From: Reclinomonas americana ATCC 50394
Lineage: Eukaryota
Direction of reading: 5' to 3'
NCBI GenBank assembly: GCA_048213135.1
Contig: PS015011.1
Coordinates: 22,308-63,765 of the forward strand
Length of the DNA stretch: 41,458 nucleotides
Shown: positions 37,084 through 41,458 of the stretch, in pieces
Layout of the letters: the number at the start of each line of letters is the position of its first letter
Numbering within the stretch: position 1 is the first letter of the stretch
The notes under the pieces: generated by a model
The model's database searches: none
Told to the model about the DNA's origin: nothing
The model's input: only the letters and a program-made list of their open reading frames with translations
Position numbers and translations under genes: made by a program

Positions 37084-40000
37084 ATGCTTGATCAGTTTGT
37101 GATTTGCACACGTGGCGGCCTGGTGCTGTTCCACTGGGAACCTCGTGGCGCGCTTCCTGTGCCCGGTCGTCCCATCAACACGCTCATGTCCGCACTTCTC
37201 GAGGCATGTTCCTCCGCCCTGCCTTGCTCTCTCTCCGTTGCTCTCTGTCGCACCGCGCTCTCTCTCTCTTTCTGTTTGAATGTCTCTCAGTTGGATTGAC
37301 CACCAAAGTCTCAAATTGGTTGTTTCTCTCCTCCTGTGCGCGCGCGCGCGTCACACAGGGTCGCAGTGGCAGTGTGGAGACGGAGACACACGCGGTGAAG
37401 CATTTGGTGGTCAACGAGCACAGCATCATTCTTGCAGTTGCGTTGTTGAATGCGATCACACAATGCGCGCCGAATCACTTACGCCGAATCCCTCAGGCGG
37501 TGTTTAGCAAGAAGCGACCGCTGCCGTACATAGACCTGCTGTTGCGACAGGAGCGCGATGCGTTTGTGAAGGAGTTTGGCGCGGCTGCGTTGCGGCAGCC
37601 GGCGCTGCATCGGTTTGAGGAGTTTGTCGGGCGCTTTGACGCGGTGCTGGCCGACGTTGAAACCGATCACTTTTCGCGACGTGGTGCTGGGCGCAAGATG
37701 GTGACCTCGGCCGGCAGCGACGGCGACGATGATGAAGCGGAGAATAGCGATGGAGAGGTGTCGTCGCATGCGGTGCGAGGCAAGAACGGCACCATGACCA
37801 CCACCACCACCACCACCACGACGGTCACGGCGTCGGAGGAGGACGAGTCGTCGGGACCGCACACCCCGCAGGCGGATCGCTTCTTGCGCGTGGGCAACGA
37901 TCTCGGCCGCTCCTCGTCCGATCCCATGAGCTTGTCGCCCGACGGTTCCCCGTCGGCCGCCAGCGATGGTTCCGGTGTGCAGAGTGACCAGGGATCGCCG
38001 TCGTCGGCGGGCGACGCTGCTCGCAGGGCACTAGGCAAGCTGCTGCCCAGAGGAGTTGGTGAGTTCTCTTTGTTGTTGCTGTCGTGTGTAGATTGTCGCT
38101 GATTGGCTCGTGGTCAGGCGCCAAGGCTCCTCGTCGCACTGGTTTGGTGGCCAAGGCGGTCAAGAAGCCAGCCGAGTTGCGTGCTTGTGATTGTGTGCAT
38201 GAGTGTTTGTGCATGTGCTCACGATGGTGTTGTTGTTGTTGCTGCTGCCGTGATCGACAGGCCACCAAAACCAAAGGGCAAGCAGAAGACGAACTGGGAC
38301 GATCTGATGCCCGACGACGGAACACGCGCTGTGACCGAGGATCGCATTCGCGCTCACGACCGATCGGCGGTGCTGACAGAGGAGGAGAGGCGAGAGGCCG
38401 AGGAACGCGAGGTGACGGAGACACGTCGTCGCTTCCTGAGGAGCCCCAGCAGTGGTAACGATGGTGGTGGTGCCAGTGGATCGGGGTCCGGCAGCTCCGC
38501 CCCTGCCGACAATCCGCGCACCAGTGGAGGCTTGCTGTCGTACTTTAGTCGGCTGGTGGGTGGTGCACCGCTGACGGAGGAAACCCTGGCGCCGGCCCTG
38601 GAAAAGGTCAAGGACAAGCTGATGACGAAGAATGTGGCCGCCGGTATCGCCGACGAGCTGTGTGCCGGAATTCAGCAAGAGTTGCTCGGCAAGAGCCTCG
38701 GCACTTTTAATAGTTGCGTGGGGGAAGGAGGAAATAGGAGAGGGGAGGGAGAAGAGAAGAAAGATGAGGAGGAAGAGTGTCACAAGTACTGATCAAGGGC
38801 GCACTCTGCAGCTGTGGCGTCGTCCGTGTCCAAGGCACTGGAGGATTCACTGCGGCGTATTCTGACACCGAAGCAAAATATCGACGTGTTGCGCGAGGTG
38901 ACGCGTGCGCGGGAGGAGGAAAATCGACCGTACACGATTGTGTTTGTGGGTGTGAATGGTGTGGGCAAGAGCACGTCGTTGGCCAAGGTGTGTGTGAGAG
39001 AGAGAGAGAAAGGGAAGGGAAGGGAGAATGAGTGCGCAGCTCACGGTCGATTATTTCCAGGTGTGCTACTGGCTGCTTCAGCAACGCAAGCAAGTGATGA
39101 TCACGGCGTGCGACACATTCCGTTCGGGCGCCGTAGAGCAGCTGCGTACTCATGCGCGTGCCTTGGACGTGGAGCTGTTTGAACGTGGCTACGGCAAGGA
39201 TCCGGCCGCCATTGCGCAGGAGGGCATTCGATATGGTGCGTGAGACAGGGGAAGGAAGGAGAGATGGGGAGGGGGGAAGGAGGGAGGATGTCAAGGAATA
39301 GAGAGGAAAGGAAGGAGATAAGAAGAACGTGACAGAGGCAGAGAGGGGAAGGAAGGAGAGAAAGAGAGGGAAGAAAGTGAGGAGAGAGAGAGAGAGAGAG
39401 GAAGGAAGGAAGGAGAGAGTACGGAGGAAGTAAAGAAAGGAGTGAGAACTTGAGGGAAGAGTGAGCGAGCGGCGCAGTGAGAAAAGAATGAAAGAGACTG
39501 AGGCAGAGGTGAGAAGGGAGAGAATGAGACGGAAGAAAGTGAGGAGAGAGAATGGGGAAAGGAGAGAGAGGAAAAGGGAAGCGTGAGAGGGTCAGAGAGA
39601 GAGAGAGAGCAGGAGAGAGAAAAGAATGAGAAGACTGCAGAGTTGGGTGTGTGTGTGTGCGTGTATTCTAACAGCCTCCCTCTCCTACTTGCACAGGCAA
39701 GGACAACGGCAAGGATGTGGTCCTGATCGACACAGCCGGGCGCATGCAAGACAACATGCCGCTGATGGAGGCACTGGCCAAATTGATCCACTTCAATTCT
39801 CCCGACTTGATTCTCTTTGTCGGCGAGGCACTGGTCGGCAACGACGCCGTGGATCAGCTGACGAAATTCAACCAGGCTCTGCAGGACCTGACCCCGGCCG
39901 GTCGCCCATCGCGTCTCATCGATGGTATTGTGCTCACCAAATATGACACTGTCGACGACAAGGTTCGATATGTGCAGTATCTTCCTCGCTCGCTCGTTCG

Positions 40001-40159
40001 TCCCGTGCATGTAACACTGGCGTTCCGTTGCAGGTCGGCGCTGCCATCTCCATGGTGTCGTCCACGGGTCAGCCGATTCTGTTTGTGGGCGTGGGCCAGA
40101 CGTACACGGATATTCGTGTGTTGAATGTGGATCGTATTGTGGAGGCGTTGATGCGGTGA
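37084..40159 (+). CDS. SRPRA: Signal recognition particle receptor alpha subunit
   Basis: N-terminal longin [95 protein letters not shown]. Eight introns; TGA 40157-40159. Confidence 0.97.
39242..39635 (+). repeat. Polypurine (A/G) low-complexity tract within SRPRA intron 7
   Basis: ~390 nt that is mostly GA/GGA/GAA units on the + strand. Confidence 0.85.
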
Positions 40160-40861
40160 CACGCCGCGCATGCAACACGTGCGTGCGTGCGCGCGTGCCA
40201 CAATTGCTGCTGTTGTGTTGTTGTGTTGTTGTTATAGACGGTATGAATGAGGGGAATGATGAGGATGCGGTGGCATGCGTATGGTTGCAATCACAACGGG
40301 CGCGATATATGTATTTTTACCGGTCACCGCGCTCAAATTGACCCCCGCACCCGACACCGGCGTCGGGTGAGCGTGCGGAGATAGTACGCCAAAGTTTGCC
40401 ACCGCACATACGCACACGCCATTGGCAGAAAAAAGGAATGGCGCGTGCACATGCGCGAATCCACCAATTGCTTCCAATAAGTTGCCAAATTCCAACTAGC
40501 CGGTCGAATCGCCTGGCGCGGGTCGCAATCGGACCGAGACTCGATGTGGACCACCACCACCTGCCCCCGCCTTCCCCTCGAGATGCACACGTGGCATCCA
40601 CCGCCCTACGAGCACTGACTCCGCGCATCTCCGACACAAAGCATCACGCAGCGAGCACGATCGCGCCGAAGCGCCACCGACCGGACTTTCATTTTTGGAC
40701 ATGTGTCCGTCTCCGCCGCATTTGTATTTTTTGTCTCCTCGCCGAGAGAAGACCACCTACCCGCACCCAACACACTCACGCGAATCGCACATCGCTTTTG
40801 TGTCAACTCGACCTCTCTTACACACTCGCTATCTCTGTCGTTTGTTTGCTTTGTTTACACT

Positions 40862-41431
40862 ATGACAATGTATCGCGGCAGTGGCGGTGCATCAGCATCG
40901 CATCACCAGGTGGCGGCCGCATCACACGCGGTCTCCGCCGTGGCTGCAGCAGTCGCTGTGGCAGTGGCACAGCAACAGCAACACCAACACCAACACCAAC
41001 ACCAGCAGCAGCATCGCTCTCCACCTCCACCAGCATCATCATCACGGCTGACAACGACTGCTCACCCTCACGGCCACCACCACCACGCACAACGCAACAA
41101 TGGCGCACCTGCTGCTAGTGCGACTGCAACTGTGGCGCCCACATTGACGACGACGACGACGACAACGCGCCGGACACGAAACGAGTCAATGCGCCAGTCG
41201 TCGCCCACTCGTCGCCGCTCTTCATCGTCATCGACCGACTCTGCTGCACCAGTAGCACCAGCGCCAGTAGCAGCAGCAGTGGCGATCACCACATCACCCA
41301 CGGCAATGATGAGTGCTGCCGAGTCGGCGGCCGCCGCGCGCGAGAAGCTTCCACACTGGTTCTCCAAGAAGCAGTCGGCCAAGTACAAGACCGAGATGTG
41401 CCGCAGCGTGCTGGCCACGGGCTTCTGCAAG
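40862..41431 (+). CDS. First exon of a TTP/ZFP36-type CCCH zinc-finger RNA-binding protein (continues beyond the window)
   Basis: ATG 40862, low-complexity Q/H/T/S/A N-terminus, then KYKTEMCRSVLATGFCK (the KYKTEL-type CCCH lead-in) and donor AAG|gttcgt at 41432. Confidence 0.8.
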
Positions 41432-41458
41432 GTTCGTTTGTGTGTGTGTGTGTGTGTG

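Noticed and set aside
316-40159. Alternative genetic code or stop-codon readthrough, suggested by the fragmented ORFs
   Set aside because: Every in-frame stop I checked in the conserved genes falls inside a GT/GC-AG intron. TAG (DLAT), TAA (EIF3I) and TGA (SRPRA, BABAM1, IWS1) all terminate genes at the expected positions.
316-41431. U12-type (minor) introns as the second donor class
   Set aside because: No GTATCCTT/ATATCCTT donors or AC acceptors among the junctions assigned.
1-41458. CRISPR arrays, tRNA/rRNA/snRNA genes, transposases
   Set aside because: No repeat-spacer pattern, recognisable structural RNA motif or transposase/RT motif seen by eye. A covariance-model search would be needed to exclude small RNAs.

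Overview
Compact, intron-dense eukaryotic nuclear DNA, most likely from a flagellated protist (CCDC81 is present; the lineage cannot be named from sequence alone). It is a draft scaffold with N-gaps. By hand I assembled about 13 spliced genes: DLAT (PDH E2), a large PUB-like-domain protein, SNW1/SKIP, a KFYI/NUUM-type complex I subunit, a ~9.4 kb Pmp-repeat/Cys-rich/multi-TM surface protein, a mitochondrion-targeted DUF3592 protein, an IQ/coiled-coil hypothetical, a small hypothetical, IWS1, CCDC81, BABAM1, eIF3i, SRPRA, and the start of a TTP-type CCCH zinc-finger gene. Introns are mostly ~55-100 nt, GT-AG (a few GC-AG), with CT(G/C/A)AC-like branch points and CA/GT/CT microsatellites. The main signal is two 5' splice-site classes. 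One is conventional (G|GTNNG). The other is a frequent one-nucleotide-shifted class ([A/C/T]|GTTGCGT, G at +6), about 16 of 55 hand-assigned donors in the conserved genes, used almost only when the exon does not end in G. Two gap-flanked contigs (7534-9496, 24192-25466) look inverted in the scaffold. All gene models and counts are manual and need RNA-seq confirmation.
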